Source: Candidatus Planktophila sp.
Lineage (GTDB): Bacteria; Actinomycetota; Actinomycetes; Nanopelagicales; Nanopelagicaceae
Direction: 5' to 3'
DNA: 64,000 nucleotides
Assembly (NCBI GenBank): GCA_044372065.1
Contig: JBILSO010000001.1
Span: 941-64,940, forward strand
Position 1 is the first letter of the stretch; each line of letters begins with the position of its first letter. The position numbers were made by a program, and so were the translations under genes. Under the pieces are notes generated by a model. The model searched no databases. It was not told the origin of the DNA and saw only the letters and a list, made by a program, of their open reading frames with translations. Below are positions 1 to 10,990 of this stretch, piece by piece.

Positions 1-658
1 CATCCACTCCATCGCTGGCAAGCACAGTTGAATAAACCTTCTCGTCAAGACCAGTGAGTGGACGAAGATCTGGAACCCAATGTGGATTAGGGATAAACCG
101 AGCATCGAGAAGAAGATCTGCGTCAACGGGGATTCCATACTTGAATCCGAATGAGAGAACATTGATGCGGATCGCGCTCAAGGAGCCGGGAGAGAAAATT
201 TCAGCAATTCGCTTCTCAAGTTGATGGACATTGAGATTACTTGAATCTATGACGATGTCAGCTTGGGAACGTAGCTCATCCAATTTGGATCTCTCGCGGG
301 CAATCCCATCGACAATGCGATCATTGCCTTGCAAGGGATGTGGTCGCCGAGTTGATTCAAATCGGGCTACTAAAATTTGGTCGCTGGCATCGAGAAAGAG
401 CATTCTGAACGCAACCTTCTTTTCACGCAATATGTTCAGGGATGCACTTAGATCATCGAAAAATTTTCCTCCGCGCACATCTACGACAACCGCAACCGAT
501 GTGAAATCTGAGCCGCCTGTCTGGGAAGCTAAATCGGGGAGAATCGCGGGTGGAAGGTTGTCGACGACATACCAACCAAGATCTTCAAGTGCATGGGCAA
601 CGGTTGATCTACCAGCACCTGACATTCCAGTGAGAATCAGGAGTTCGCGCGTACTCAT
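1..658 (-). CDS. rapZ: RNase adapter / UPF0042 P-loop nucleotide-binding protein RapZ (3' end runs off the window)
   Basis: Not in the ORF track. Manual translation from ATG at 658 gives [37 protein letters not shown]...[26 protein letters not shown], with a Walker A motif and RapZ motifs. It follows uvrC, as is usual in Actinobacteria. Confidence 0.93.
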   Translation of the reverse strand, partial: MSTRELLILTGMSGAGRSTVAHALEDLGWYVVDNLPPAILPDLASQTGGSDFTSVAVVVDVRGGKFFDDLSASLNILREKKVAFRMLFLDASDQILVARFESTRRPHPLQGNDRIVDGIARERSKLDELRSQADIVIDSSNLNVHQLEKRIAEIFSPGSLSAIRINVLSFGFKYGIPVDADLLLDARFIPNPHWVPDLRPLTGLDEKVYSTVLASDGVD

Positions 659-707
659 GGCTACAGTCTGCCACCAACGTCAAGCACCTCAAACTGGAAG
701 CTCGCCC

Positions 708-2636
708 CTACTTTTCTAAGATTTCACCCGTCTGCATATCAACTCCACCAGTGCGAGCAGCCTCCCCCATGTGCGAGAGGTGGTTCCAGATTATCGATGC
801 GATCTTCTCCCCGATTCCAGGGGTTGCAGCAATCTCTGCAATTGAAGCCTTGCGAATAGCGCTCACTGATCCAAAACGGTCGAGTAACGCAGCACGTCGG
901 ATATGACCGAGTTGTTCAATTTCATCAAGCACTGATTCAAGCATCACCTTTGATCTGCGTGACCTATGAAAAGTGATTGCAAAACGATGGGCTTCATCTC
1001 GGATGCGCTGCAAAAGATACATACCTTCGCTGGTGCGTGGAAGGATAAGCGGATCTTGATTGTGAGGAAGCCATACTTCCTCAAGACGTTTTGCTAACCC
1101 GCAGAGAGCGATATCTGTAATGCCGAGCTCCTGCAGAGCACGCGCCGCAGCAGTAACTTGTGGTGCTCCACCATCGACCACAATAAGTTGTGGCGGGTAC
1201 GAGAATTTACTCAAGCGACCACCAGAATCCTTCACTTCACTTTGATCAACATTTCTATCTGCTAAAAATCTCTTAAGCCTTCTCGTGATCACTTGGTGCA
1301 TGGCGCGTGTGTCATCAGTTGCTTCTGTGGTGTCGATGATGAATCGACGGTATTCACTCTTTTTGGCAATTCCATCTTCAAAGACAACCATCGACGCAAC
1401 AACGGTGGTTCCAGAAATATTCGATATATCAAAGCACTCGATACGTAACGGCGTGCGCGGTAACTCGAGGACTTCTTCGAGTTCAATTAAAGCCTTACCC
1501 GAGACTGCGGCATCATTAGCTCGCTTGCTTAGGAACTGAATGAGCGCGTAGTGTGCATTCCTCTCGACCGTATCAAGCAGTTCAACCTTCTCGCCACGTT
1601 GTGGAACCTTGATCTGAACTTTATGACCAGCGATGGATGTTAACCATGAGGACAATGATTCAATATCGGCTGGCTCCTGATTAATGTGAATTGTCGAGGA
1701 TATGTCAGTTGCCGCATCGCCGTAGATGGAGAAGAGAAGTGAAGCCCACTGGTCCTCCCCTTCGAGAGTTCTCTCTTGATCAACAATCCAGGAACGTGAA
1801 CCCTTAATTGAACCGCGACGCACCATGAAGATAGAACCTGCCGCATGAAAGCCTTCTTCGTGGATTGCGATGAAGTCTCCATCGAGATCATCAGAGAGAT
1901 TGCCTTGGGTTGATCTTTGTGCTTTTTCAAATGATTCAATCTGATCCCGAAGTCTGGCCGCTCGCTCAAACTCTTCGCGTGATGCTGCCAACTCCATCTC
2001 ACTGCGCATAGCAGGGAGTAAATCCTCCATGCCTGATTCCATAAACTCATCAAGTTTTATGGCGATTTGGCGATGTTCCTCAGGAGTCACCCATCCCACG
2101 CAAGGAGCGGCACACTTGCCGATATCACCGAGAAGACATTGTCGTTTCGTTCTTTGAGCTCGCTGAAAATTTCCAGCGCTACAGGATCTCACCGGAAATA
2201 CTTTGAGTAATACTTCATATGTATTCCTTAACGCCCAGGCATTTGTGTATGGTCCGAAATACTTCAATCCAGGACGCTTCTCTTTTCGAGTGATGAAAAT
2301 ACGTGGATACTCATCTTCGATCGAGATTGCAAGGTAGGGATAAGACTTATCATCTTTGAACTGAACGTTATAGGTTGGGTGATATTGCTTGATCCAAGAA
2401 AACTCAAGAGCGAGTGCCTCGAGCTCGGTTTTGACGATGGTCCAATCAACGCGAACAGCTTCGTGCACCATGCGATACGTCTTCTGAGCCAAGTTGGCCT
2501 GAAAGTAGGAACTCAATCGATTCTTGAGATTCTTCGCCTTGCCTACATAAATAACTTTATCTTTATCATTGTAGAAACGGTAAACCCCAGGTTCTTCTGG
2601 GATTTCAGTTGGGCGATAGCTGGCTGGATCTGCCAT
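708..2636 (-). CDS. uvrC: Excinuclease ABC subunit C
   Basis: GIY-YIG N-terminus (PGVYRF...IYVGKAKNLKNRLSSYF), RIECFDISN, VVDGG, RDEAHRFA, C-terminal HhH. Confidence 0.98.
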   Translation of the reverse strand: MADPASYRPTEIPEEPGVYRFYNDKDKVIYVGKAKNLKNRLSSYFQANLAQKTYRMVHEAVRVDWTIVKTELEALALEFSWIKQYHPTYNVQFKDDKSYPYLAISIEDEYPRIFITRKEKRPGLKYFGPYTNAWALRNTYEVLLKVFPVRSCSAGNFQRAQRTKRQCLLGDIGKCAAPCVGWVTPEEHRQIAIKLDEFMESGMEDLLPAMRSEMELAASREEFERAARLRDQIESFEKAQRSTQGNLSDDLDGDFIAIHEEGFHAAGSIFMVRRGSIKGSRSWIVDQERTLEGEDQWASLLFSIYGDAATDISSTIHINQEPADIESLSSWLTSIAGHKVQIKVPQRGEKVELLDTVERNAHYALIQFLSKRANDAAVSGKALIELEEVLELPRTPLRIECFDISNISGTTVVASMVVFEDGIAKKSEYRRFIIDTTEATDDTRAMHQVITRRLKRFLADRNVDQSEVKDSGGRLSKFSYPPQLIVVDGGAPQVTAAARALQELGITDIALCGLAKRLEEVWLPHNQDPLILPRTSEGMYLLQRIRDEAHRFAITFHRSRRSKVMLESVLDEIEQLGHIRRAALLDRFGSVSAIRKASIAEIAATPGIGEKIASIIWNHLSHMGEAARTGGVDMQTGEILEK

Positions 2637-2638
2637 CT

Positions 2639-5512
2639 CTACTTCTTCTTCGTTACAGGTTTCTTAACGGAGCGGTTGCTCTCTAGAATTTCTCGCAAGA
2701 ATTGACCTGTGTAGCTCTCCTTTACAGTCGCAACATGTTCTGGAGTGCCTTCGGCGACGACCATTCCACCTCGGAAACCACCTTCTGGTCCCATATCGAT
2801 AACCCAATCTGAACACTTAATCACATCAAGATTATGTTCAATCACAATAACTGTGTTACCGGAATCAACAAGGCGACTCAATACTCCTAATAGTTTATTC
2901 ACATCTTCAAAGTGGAGACCAGTTGTTGGTTCATCAAGAACATATATTGTTCGCCCTGTTGAACGTCGCTGCAATTCAGTAGCGAGCTTTACTCGCTGAG
3001 CTTCTCCACCCGAGAGAGTTGGCGCAGACTGTCCTAAACGAACATATCCAAGACCTACATCGCAGAGGGTTTTAAGGAATCGTGCAATCGTAGGAACTGA
3101 CTCGAAGAATTCATGAGCAATTTCAATCGGCATATCCAATACTTCAGCGATTGTCTTGCCTTTGTAATGGACCTCAAGAGTCTCTCTGTTATAGCGCGCT
3201 CCATGGCAGACCTCACAAGGAACATAGACATCAGGCAAGAAGTTCATCTCAATGGTGATAGTTCCATCACCCGTGCAGTTCTCGCAGCGACCACCCTTAA
3301 CATTGAAGCTGAAGCGTCCTTGCTGATATCCGCGTATCTTCGCTTCAGTAGTCTCTGAAAAGAGAGCACGAATTTTGTCAAAGACACCCGTGTACGTTGC
3401 TGGGTTAGAGCGCGGCGTACGACCAATCGGAGACTGATCTACGTGGACAACTTTATCGAGTTGATCGATTCCAGTAATTGTCTTGTGACGTCCCGGAACA
3501 ATTCGTGCACCGTTGAGCTTATTAGCAAGAGTTGAATACAAAATATCGTTAACGAGCGTTGATTTTCCAGATCCACTGACGCCCGTAACTGCGACAAAGG
3601 TACCCAATGGAATAGAAACCTCTACATCCTTAAGGTTATTCTCTTTCGCACCTTTGATAACTATTTGTCGCTTTGGATCAATAGGTCTGCGTTGAGCGGG
3701 AATGTCGATAGCGCGTCGACCAGAGAGATAGGCACCAGTGATGGATTCTTTGGATGCGATGAGGTCTTCATAGGATCCTGAGACAACAACCTTTCCGCCA
3801 TGTTCGCCAGCACCAGGCCCGATATCGACGACCCAGTCGGCAGTACGAATTGTCTCTTCATCATGCTCTACAACGATCAGGGTGTTTCCTAGATCGCGCA
3901 GACGCGTGAGTGTCTCAATGAGTCGACGATTATCTCGTTGGTGAAGTCCAATACTTGGTTCATCAAGAACATACAGGACTCCCACTAATCCTGAACCGAT
4001 TTGAGTAGCTAAACGAATTCGCTGTGCTTCTCCACCAGAAAGAGTTCCGGCAGGACGATCTAGGGAAAGGTAATCGAGACCAACGTCGAGGAGGAAGCCA
4101 AGACGTGCATGAACTTCCTTCATGACTCGCTCGGCGATCTGCGCTTCGCGCTTGGAGAGTTTCACCTGTTTCAAGAAGGTTGCACAATCATCAATGGACA
4201 ACTCACACACCTGAGCGATGCTCTTATCACCGATAGTTACAGCAAGAACTTCTGGCTTGAGGCGTGCACCGTTGCAAGCAGCGCATGGAATCTGGCGCAT
4301 ATATGCCTCGTATTTATCGCGACTGTAATCACTATCGGTTTCACTGTGGCGGCGATGGATGAACGGGATGACACCTTCGAAACCTGTGGTGTAATTTCGA
4401 GCTCCGTAGCGACCTTTGTATCGCATTTTGATCTCATACTCGTACCCATTAAGGATGGCATCCTGGGCTTTTGCCGAAATCTTCTTCCACGGTACATCGA
4501 GTGAGAACTTGATGTCATTGGATAGGGCTTCTAACAGGCGGACAAAGTAATCAGATGATTGACCACCGGACCAAGGAGCAATTGCGCCATCATTAATACT
4601 CAAACCATCATCAGGAATGATGAGCTCTTCATCAACTTCTAGCTTTGTTCCTATACCGGAACACTCAGGACAAGCGCCGAATGGAGAGTTAAATGAAAAG
4701 GAGCGTGGTTCTAACTCTTCGAAGGAGAGGTTGCAATCATGGCAGGCTAAATGCTCGCTATACGTGTGGATCTTTTCCTGCCCAGCTTTAGCATCGACAA
4801 AATCGAGAAGGACAATGCCACTCGATAGTCTCAACGCTGTCTCTATGGAGTCGGTAAGGCGAGATTTGGATTCAGCTTTAGCGGTGAGTCGATCGATGAC
4901 AACCTCAATCGTGTGTTTTTCCTGCTTCTTCAACTTGGGTGGCTCAGAGAGCGAAATAGCTTCTCCATCTACGATCGCGCGCGAATAACCTTGCTTAACG
5001 AGATCTGTAAAGAGATCAACGAACTCTCCCTTACGTTCGCGGACAACAGGCGCTAGTACTTGAAATTTTGTGGTGGGTGCAAGTTCAAGAATTTGATCAA
5101 CGATCTGCTGCGGACTCTGCCTAGAAACAGGTTTTGTGCACTGCGGGCAGTGTGGTCGACCAGCGCGAGCAAAGAGCAGACGAAGGTAGTCATAGACCTC
5201 AGTAATCGTTCCCACGGTTGAGCGTGGATTGCGATTGGTAGATTTCTGATCGATGGAAACGGCAGGCGAGAGTCCCTCAATAAAGTCAACATCTGGCTTA
5301 TCCATCTGTCCCAGAAATTGTCGGGCATATGCAGAAAGTGATTCGACGTAACGACGCTGACCTTCTGCAAAGATGGTGTCAAAAGCAAGACTTGATTTTC
5401 CTGAACCGGATAGTCCGGTAAAGACAATGAGCGCATCGCGCGGAAGATCGAGCGAAACATCTTTGAGATTGTGTTCGCGGGCACCACGAACGACCAGTTT
5501 CTCGATAGTCAC
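2639..5512 (-). CDS. uvrA: Excinuclease ABC subunit A
   Basis: GAREHNLK, two Walker A motifs ([18 protein letters not shown]), two LSGGEAQR signatures, zinc-finger cysteines; GTG start. Confidence 0.98.
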   Translation of the reverse strand: MTIEKLVVRGAREHNLKDVSLDLPRDALIVFTGLSGSGKSSLAFDTIFAEGQRRYVESLSAYARQFLGQMDKPDVDFIEGLSPAVSIDQKSTNRNPRSTVGTITEVYDYLRLLFARAGRPHCPQCTKPVSRQSPQQIVDQILELAPTTKFQVLAPVVRERKGEFVDLFTDLVKQGYSRAIVDGEAISLSEPPKLKKQEKHTIEVVIDRLTAKAESKSRLTDSIETALRLSSGIVLLDFVDAKAGQEKIHTYSEHLACHDCNLSFEELEPRSFSFNSPFGACPECSGIGTKLEVDEELIIPDDGLSINDGAIAPWSGGQSSDYFVRLLEALSNDIKFSLDVPWKKISAKAQDAILNGYEYEIKMRYKGRYGARNYTTGFEGVIPFIHRRHSETDSDYSRDKYEAYMRQIPCAACNGARLKPEVLAVTIGDKSIAQVCELSIDDCATFLKQVKLSKREAQIAERVMKEVHARLGFLLDVGLDYLSLDRPAGTLSGGEAQRIRLATQIGSGLVGVLYVLDEPSIGLHQRDNRRLIETLTRLRDLGNTLIVVEHDEETIRTADWVVDIGPGAGEHGGKVVVSGSYEDLIASKESITGAYLSGRRAIDIPAQRRPIDPKRQIVIKGAKENNLKDVEVSIPLGTFVAVTGVSGSGKSTLVNDILYSTLANKLNGARIVPGRHKTITGIDQLDKVVHVDQSPIGRTPRSNPATYTGVFDKIRALFSETTEAKIRGYQQGRFSFNVKGGRCENCTGDGTITIEMNFLPDVYVPCEVCHGARYNRETLEVHYKGKTIAEVLDMPIEIAHEFFESVPTIARFLKTLCDVGLGYVRLGQSAPTLSGGEAQRVKLATELQRRSTGRTIYVLDEPTTGLHFEDVNKLLGVLSRLVDSGNTVIVIEHNLDVIKCSDWVIDMGPEGGFRGGMVVAEGTPEHVATVKESYTGQFLREILESNRSVKKPVTKKK

Positions 5513-7600
5513 TTAAACACCCGCTTCTTCCATAGATCGAAGTTCTTTCTTCAAGATGCGAATCTCATCACGTAACTTGGCCGCTACCTCAAATTGAAGA
5601 TCTGCCGCAGCACTTCTCATCTGATCGGTGAGTGAGCCTATCAAGGCGACTAGATCCTTGCGCGGTAGAGAGATTACCCCTTTAGCGTTGAGTCCTACAG
5701 AAAGTGCTCCGCCTGAACCTTTACCAGATACCTTCTCGCTTTCAAGGAGGGCTGAAGTGTCTTCGCTCTCCCTAGTGATGAGGTCGGTGATATCTGCAAT
5801 CTTCTTTCGAAGAGGTTGAGGATCCACCCCTCGCTCGAGGTTGTAGGCCACCTGCTTGGCACGTCGACGATTGGTTTCATCAATTGCAAGAGCCATGGAA
5901 CGAGTGATGTTATCTGCATACATATGAACTTCACCTGAAACATTTCGGGCGGCTCTTCCGATTGTTTGGATAAGGGATGTGGCTGAACGTAAGAAACCTT
6001 CTTTATCTGCGTCCAAAATAGCAACCAGTGAGACTTCCGGCAGATCAAGTCCTTCGCGCAGTAGGTTGATACCGATCAACACGTCATACTCGCCTGTACG
6101 TAACTCTCGAAGCAGCTCTACTCTTCGCAAGGTATCTACCTCTGAGTGCAGATAACGCACTCGCACTCCTCGTTCTTGTAGGTAGTCAGTGAGATCTTCT
6201 GACATCTTTTTGGTCAATGTGGTTACGAGAACGCGTTCGTTCTTAGCGGCTCGTACATTGATCTCTTCCAGCAAATCATCGATCTGTCCCTTAATTGGTT
6301 TGATTATGATTGCTGGATCTATAAGTCCTGTAGGTCGAATTACTTGCTCGACTACATCTCCCCCGACCTTTTCCATCTCATACTTTCCTGGCGTAGCTGA
6401 GAGATAGAGGGTTTGACCGACTCGTTCAAGAAATTCTGGCCATTTCAAAGGGCGGTTATCAAGTGCGCTTGGCAATCTAAACCCATGTTCAACGAGAGTA
6501 CGCTTTCGTGATGCGTCGCCTTCATACATTGCACCGATTTGCGGAACAGTGACGTGGCTTTCATCAATCACCACTAAGAAATCATCTGGGAAGTAATCCA
6601 AAAGACAATGTGGCGCCGACCCAGGGCTGCGGTCATCAAGATGGCGAGAATAGTTCTCGATACCCGAACAGAATCCCAGTTGCTCCATCATCTCAATGTC
6701 AAAAGTGGTGCGCATGCGAAGGCGCTGTGCTTCCAATAGCTTGCCCTGCTTTTCAAAGAGGTTGAGTTGGATTTGAAGCTCATCCTGGATATCGCCAATA
6801 GCGCGCTTCATAGTCTCTGGGCTAGCTGCGTAATGTGTGGCTGGGAAGATGTGTACTTCATTCTCGTCACGAATGATTTCACCAGTAAGCGGATGCAAGG
6901 TCATAATCTTTTCAATCTCGTCACCAAACATCTCAATGCGGATTGCGAGCTCTTCGTACATTGGGATTATCTCAATCGTGTCGCCGCGTACACGGAAGGT
7001 GCCACGTTCGAAGGCGATGTCATTTCGTTTGTACTGAACGTCAACAAACTTGCGCAACAGAGCATTTCGCTCGATCTCGTCCCCCACCTTGATGTGGATC
7101 ATTCGATCTATATATTCCTGAGGAGTACCGAGTCCGTAGATACACGAAACCGTGGCAACCACGATGACATCACGTCGAGTGAGAAGGGAGTTAGTTGCCG
7201 AGTGACGCAATCGCTCTACCTCATCGTTGACGCTTGAGTCCTTCTCAATAAAGGTATCGGTTTGTGGAACATAAGCTTCTGGTTGGTAGTAATCGTAGTA
7301 AGAGACAAAATACTCGACTGCGTTATTGGGTAGAAGTTCTCTAAACTCATTCGCGAGCTGCGCGGCAAGGGTTTTATTGGGAGCTAAGACCAGCGTTGGC
7401 CTTTGTAGACGCTCAATAAGCCAGGCTGTTGTTGCCGACTTTCCCGTTCCTGTTGCGCCCAACAGGACAACATCCTTCTCCCCGGCATTAATTCGTTGAG
7501 CAATCTCTTCGATAGCTTGAGGCTGATCTCCCGCAGGTACATAGTCAGAGATAACCTGAAACGGAGAGTTGTTGCGGGAGAGATCGCCTTTATCTGACAC
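5513..7600 (-). CDS. uvrB: Excinuclease ABC subunit B
   Basis: [24 protein letters not shown] beta-hairpin, [14 protein letters not shown]-terminal UVR domain; GTG start. Confidence 0.98.
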   Translation of the reverse strand: MSDKGDLSRNNSPFQVISDYVPAGDQPQAIEEIAQRINAGEKDVVLLGATGTGKSATTAWLIERLQRPTLVLAPNKTLAAQLANEFRELLPNNAVEYFVSYYDYYQPEAYVPQTDTFIEKDSSVNDEVERLRHSATNSLLTRRDVIVVATVSCIYGLGTPQEYIDRMIHIKVGDEIERNALLRKFVDVQYKRNDIAFERGTFRVRGDTIEIIPMYEELAIRIEMFGDEIEKIMTLHPLTGEIIRDENEVHIFPATHYAASPETMKRAIGDIQDELQIQLNLFEKQGKLLEAQRLRMRTTFDIEMMEQLGFCSGIENYSRHLDDRSPGSAPHCLLDYFPDDFLVVIDESHVTVPQIGAMYEGDASRKRTLVEHGFRLPSALDNRPLKWPEFLERVGQTLYLSATPGKYEMEKVGGDVVEQVIRPTGLIDPAIIIKPIKGQIDDLLEEINVRAAKNERVLVTTLTKKMSEDLTDYLQERGVRVRYLHSEVDTLRRVELLRELRTGEYDVLIGINLLREGLDLPEVSLVAILDADKEGFLRSATSLIQTIGRAARNVSGEVHMYADNITRSMALAIDETNRRRAKQVAYNLERGVDPQPLRKKIADITDLITRESEDTSALLESEKVSGKGSGGALSVGLNAKGVISLPRKDLVALIGSLTDQMRSAAADLQFEVAAKLRDEIRILKKELRSMEEAGV

Positions 7601-7606
7601 GCAAGT

Positions 7607-7612
7607 AGCCTA
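7607..7612 (-). promoter_or_regulatory. Putative -10 box (TAGGCT) for a leaderless uvrBAC transcript
   Basis: Minus strand TAGGCT-ACTTGC-GTG: TANNNT 6 nt before the start, no Shine-Dalgarno. Confidence 0.6.
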
Positions 7613-8218
7613 CTAGCGGGATCTCTCTGATGAGAGGTCAGCAATTCGCCCCTCCCAGAGATTTTCAACCTGACGCAGCAAATGATCTTCATCTCCATCA
7701 TTCATGATGACCGCATCTGCGATTTCAATTCGCGCCTGTGATGGCGCTTGGTTTGCAAAGCGGGCCTTTATATCTGATATGAACATTCCTCGGGCCAATA
7801 GTCGCTCCACTCGAAGATCTTCATCTGCTTCAACAGTAACGATGAAATCGAATTTACTCGCGGCATCAGTCTCGACTAAGAGGGGAATCTCATAAATGAG
7901 GTGCGTTGCGGGTTCATTGTCGATTACCGCTTGCGCGAATAGTTTCTGGACGCGAGGATGAATTATTGCCTCGAGGTCACGCTTTGCTGCGGGATCTGCG
8001 AAGACTATTTCTGCAAGAGCCTTTCGGTTAATGTCACCGTTGGCCAAAATCTTTTCGCCAAACCGTGCCACGACTTCGTCGAAACCCTGACTGCCTCGTT
8101 CAATTGCAATCCGAGCAAGCTGGTCGGCATCGACAACATTTACTCCGAGCTCACTAAAGAACTGAGCGACTGTTGACTTACCGGCACCTATGCCGCCAGT
8201 GAGTGCAATTACCTTCAT
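7613..8218 (-). CDS. coaE: Dephospho-CoA kinase
   Basis: IALTGGIGAGKST, DADQLAR, IIHPRV, EIPLLVE; rpsA-coaE-uvrB synteny. Confidence 0.97.
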   Translation of the reverse strand: MKVIALTGGIGAGKSTVAQFFSELGVNVVDADQLARIAIERGSQGFDEVVARFGEKILANGDINRKALAEIVFADPAAKRDLEAIIHPRVQKLFAQAVIDNEPATHLIYEIPLLVETDAASKFDFIVTVEADEDLRVERLLARGMFISDIKARFANQAPSQARIEIADAVIMNDGDEDHLLRQVENLWEGRIADLSSERSR

Positions 8219-8224
8219 GCGCAG

Positions 8225-8230
8225 AGCCTA
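8225..8230 (-). promoter_or_regulatory. Putative -10 box (TAGGCT) for leaderless coaE
   Basis: Minus strand TAGGCT-CTGCGC-ATG, just downstream of the rpsA terminator. Confidence 0.65.
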
Positions 8231-8245
8231 CCCGTGTCGTTGTGG

Positions 8246-8280
8246 AAAAAAGAAAGCCCCACACGATTCACGTATGGGGC
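8246..8280 (-). terminator. Intrinsic terminator of rpsA
   Basis: Minus strand GCCCCATACG-TGAAT-CGTGTGGGGC (10-bp stem, one G-U pair) followed by TTTCTTTTTT, 18 nt after the rpsA stop. Confidence 0.88.
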
Positions 8281-8298
8281 ATTCTTACTTACGATTAT

Positions 8299-9648
8299 TT
8301 ATTCAGCAGTACCTTCAGCAGCTGCTCCGGCTGCGTCTGCTGCCTTTGCTTCTGCCTTCTGCTTCTTGTGAGCAAGGAAACGAACTTGAGCTTCCTGGTA
8401 CTGACGTTCCCACTCCTCACGTTGTGCCTCATGGCCCGGCTTCCACTCCTGAGTTTCAGGATCGAAACCTTCTGGATAGATGAAGTTTCCATCTGCATCA
8501 TAACGTGCAGCCATTCCGTACTGTGTTGGATCGAATGCTTCGATCTCAACTTCAGTTCCTTCATTAGCCTGCTTCAATGAGAGTGAGATGCGGCGACGCT
8601 CAAGATCAATATCGATAATCTTGACGAATAGCTCGTCATCTACGGCAACAACCTGCTCAGGAATTTCTACGTGGCGTTCTGCCAACTCAGAGATGTGAAC
8701 AAGTCCTTCAATTCCTTCATGGACGCGAATGAATGCACCGAATGGAACAAGTTTGGTTACAACGCCTGGCACAACTTGATTGATTGTGTGGGTGCGAGCA
8801 AATGCCTGCCATGGATCTTCCTGTGTTGCCTTGAGTGAAAGTGATACACGCTCACGCTCGAAATCAACTTCCAAAACTTCAACAGTTACTTCATCGCCCA
8901 CTTCAACAACTTCACCTGGGTGATCGATGTGCTTCCAAGAAAGCTCTGAGACGTGAACAAGACCGTCTACGCCACCTAGGTCAACGAATGCACCAAAGTT
9001 AACGATAGATGAAACAACACCTGTACGAACCTGGCCCTTTTGGAGCTGGTTGAGGAATGTTGTGCGAGATTCAGATTGTGTCTGCTCAAGGAATGCGCGA
9101 CGTGAAAGAACAACGTTGTTACGGTTCTTGTCGAGTTCGATGATGCGAGCTTCGACCTGCTTGCCAATGTATGGTGTCAGATCGCGGACGCGACGCATTT
9201 CAACCAAAGATGCTGGCAAGAAACCACGCAACCCGATATCAACGATAAGTCCGCCCTTAACAACTTCAATAACAGTTCCGACGACAACTTCGTCGCGCTC
9301 CTTCTTGCCTTCGATCTCTCCCCATGCACGCTCGTACTGAGCACGCTTCTTAGAAAGGATGAGGCGTCCTTCTTTATCTTCCTTCTGAAGAACAAGAGCT
9401 TCTACCTTGTCGCCAACCTTAACAATGTCATTTGGATCTGCATCGTGGCGGATAGAAAGTTCGCGTGAAGGAATTACGCCTTCTGTCTTGTACCCAATAT
9501 CAAGAAGTACTTCTTCGCGATCTACTTGAACGACTGTACCTTCGACGAGGTCTCCGTCGTTGAAATTTCTGATTGTGCCTTCGATTGCTGCAAGAAAATC
9601 TGCTGCTGATCCAATATCATTTACTGCAATTACTGGTGATGTAGACAA
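8299..9648 (-). CDS. rpsA: 30S ribosomal protein S1 (four S1 domains, actinobacterial type)
   Basis: AVNDIGS...DIGYKTEGVIP, FGAFVDLGGVDGLVHVSELSW. Start moved from 9798 to TTG at 9648, which has GGAG upstream; the longer ORF would overlap the divergent MFS gene. Confidence 0.96.
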   Translation of the reverse strand: MSTSPVIAVNDIGSAADFLAAIEGTIRNFNDGDLVEGTVVQVDREEVLLDIGYKTEGVIPSRELSIRHDADPNDIVKVGDKVEALVLQKEDKEGRLILSKKRAQYERAWGEIEGKKERDEVVVGTVIEVVKGGLIVDIGLRGFLPASLVEMRRVRDLTPYIGKQVEARIIELDKNRNNVVLSRRAFLEQTQSESRTTFLNQLQKGQVRTGVVSSIVNFGAFVDLGGVDGLVHVSELSWKHIDHPGEVVEVGDEVTVEVLEVDFERERVSLSLKATQEDPWQAFARTHTINQVVPGVVTKLVPFGAFIRVHEGIEGLVHISELAERHVEIPEQVVAVDDELFVKIIDIDLERRRISLSLKQANEGTEVEIEAFDPTQYGMAARYDADGNFIYPEGFDPETQEWKPGHEAQREEWERQYQEAQVRFLAHKKQKAEAKAADAAGAAAEGTAE

Positions 9649-9708
9649 GTGAGCTCCGTAGGGATAGAAAGTAATAGGACTCAAGCGATTTGCCTGAAGA
9701 ACGGGTGA

Positions 9709-9738
9709 AGCGTACGGGGGTGAGGTCACACGGGGCAA
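9709..9738 (-). promoter_or_regulatory. Putative housekeeping-sigma promoter of rpsA
   Basis: Minus strand TTGCCC-N18-TACGCT, giving a leader of about 55 nt that contains a TCAGGC/GCTTGA hairpin. Confidence 0.6.
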
Positions 9739-9762
9739 ATCCGAGCGTAGAATGAGAGTCTC

Positions 9763-10989
9763 ATGAAGCGCTATCGCGAACTCTTCGCCTTTCCTCAAGT
9801 GATCACACTGGGAATAAGTGCTTTTCCTGCTCGATTAGCCTACGGAATGATTGGCCTCGGCATATTTTTCAAAGCCGAACAGGAAACCGGCTCGGTAGCA
9901 GTCGCTGGTTTTGCAATTGGGTTGAACTCCCTCGCTGGTGCGGTGACAGCCGGTTTACGTGGTTCAGTAATGGATCGCTGGGGGCAGAAGTGGCCGCTAC
10001 GTGTTTTGGTTCCGGCTTACACCGTCCTCATTCTTACTCTCAATCAAATGGAGACATCGCGCTCAATACTCATAGCCGCCTTCATTCTTGGCATCACTGC
10101 TCCCCCAATCAATTTATCAGTGCGCCCTCTTTGGAAAGATCTAGTTCCACAGTCGTACTTAAGGACAGCCTACGCATTTGATTCGTCAATGATGAGTTCG
10201 ACAACAGTAGTCGGGCCTGTTGTAGTGACAGCCCTTGCTCTCTCCAGTCGTCCTTACCTTGCTCTCGACGTTGTCGCAGCGTTGATGTTTATTGGCGGCG
10301 CAGCGCTCGCGCTGACTCCCGTTTCAAGAAATTGGATCCCAGAGAAAAAAGTGAAAGGTCAAGGAAGTCTGCTAAAAAACCCCGTCATGCAGCTTCTGAT
10401 GTTTGAAGGCTGTTTCATAGGCTTTGGATGGGGGGTCTTTGACGTCGCAGTGCCAGCATTTGCAACGCAAGAAAATGTAGCTCACCGCGTTGCCTGGATC
10501 TTCGCCGCCTTTGGAATTGCAAATGTCATCGGCGGACTGCTTGGTGGCTTGGTTTCGAAAAAGTTAGCCCCACTACCTGCATTGCGGCGCGCTTACCTCT
10601 TTTGGCTTCTTGCCTGCATTCCCATTTCGTTCACTTATCCCAATTGGACGATGGCGCTAGTTGGAGCATCTATTGGATTCGTAGGAGGCGCAGTTCAAGT
10701 CTTCTACTTCGAAGTTCTTGAGGCGGTACGACCGCAAGGATCTCAAACTTCTTCTCTTGGTTGGATCTGGAGCGTTGAAGGTTCCTTCATGGCAGTCGGA
10801 GCGGCTGTCGGCGGAGTTGTTTCAGAGTACTTCTCTCCGAGAATCGGTTTAGCAATGCTTCCACTCATGATCTTCTTTGGTCTGATTATTCTCAACCTCG
10901 GTAAGAACAGACTTGCTGCTGCTAACGACCTTCCCACAGATGAAGAAGATCTAGCCGCGATGGATGATAATTCCGATCGCAACAAATGA
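9763..10989 (+). CDS. MFS transporter, substrate unknown
   Basis: 408 aa, about 12 hydrophobic segments, MFS motif A-like GSVMDRWGQK; TAGAAT at 9748-9753 upstream. Confidence 0.88.
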   Translation: MKRYRELFAFPQVITLGISAFPARLAYGMIGLGIFFKAEQETGSVAVAGFAIGLNSLAGAVTAGLRGSVMDRWGQKWPLRVLVPAYTVLILTLNQMETSRSILIAAFILGITAPPINLSVRPLWKDLVPQSYLRTAYAFDSSMMSSTTVVGPVVVTALALSSRPYLALDVVAALMFIGGAALALTPVSRNWIPEKKVKGQGSLLKNPVMQLLMFEGCFIGFGWGVFDVAVPAFATQENVAHRVAWIFAAFGIANVIGGLLGGLVSKKLAPLPALRRAYLFWLLACIPISFTYPNWTMALVGASIGFVGGAVQVFYFEVLEAVRPQGSQTSSLGWIWSVEGSFMAVGAAVGGVVSEYFSPRIGLAMLPLMIFFGLIILNLGKNRLAAANDLPTDEEDLAAMDDNSDRNK

Positions 10990-10990
10990 T

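Noticed and set aside
231-719. 162-aa plus-strand ORF
   Set aside because: Antisense shadow of rapZ, which the track missed because it runs off the window.
9649-9798. N-terminal extensions in the ORF track (rpsA here; also polA, thioesterase, trpB, trpC, ileS, sepF, ftsZ)
   Set aside because: They overlap neighbouring genes or promoters and lack family similarity; downstream starts have an SD or a -10 box at the right distance.
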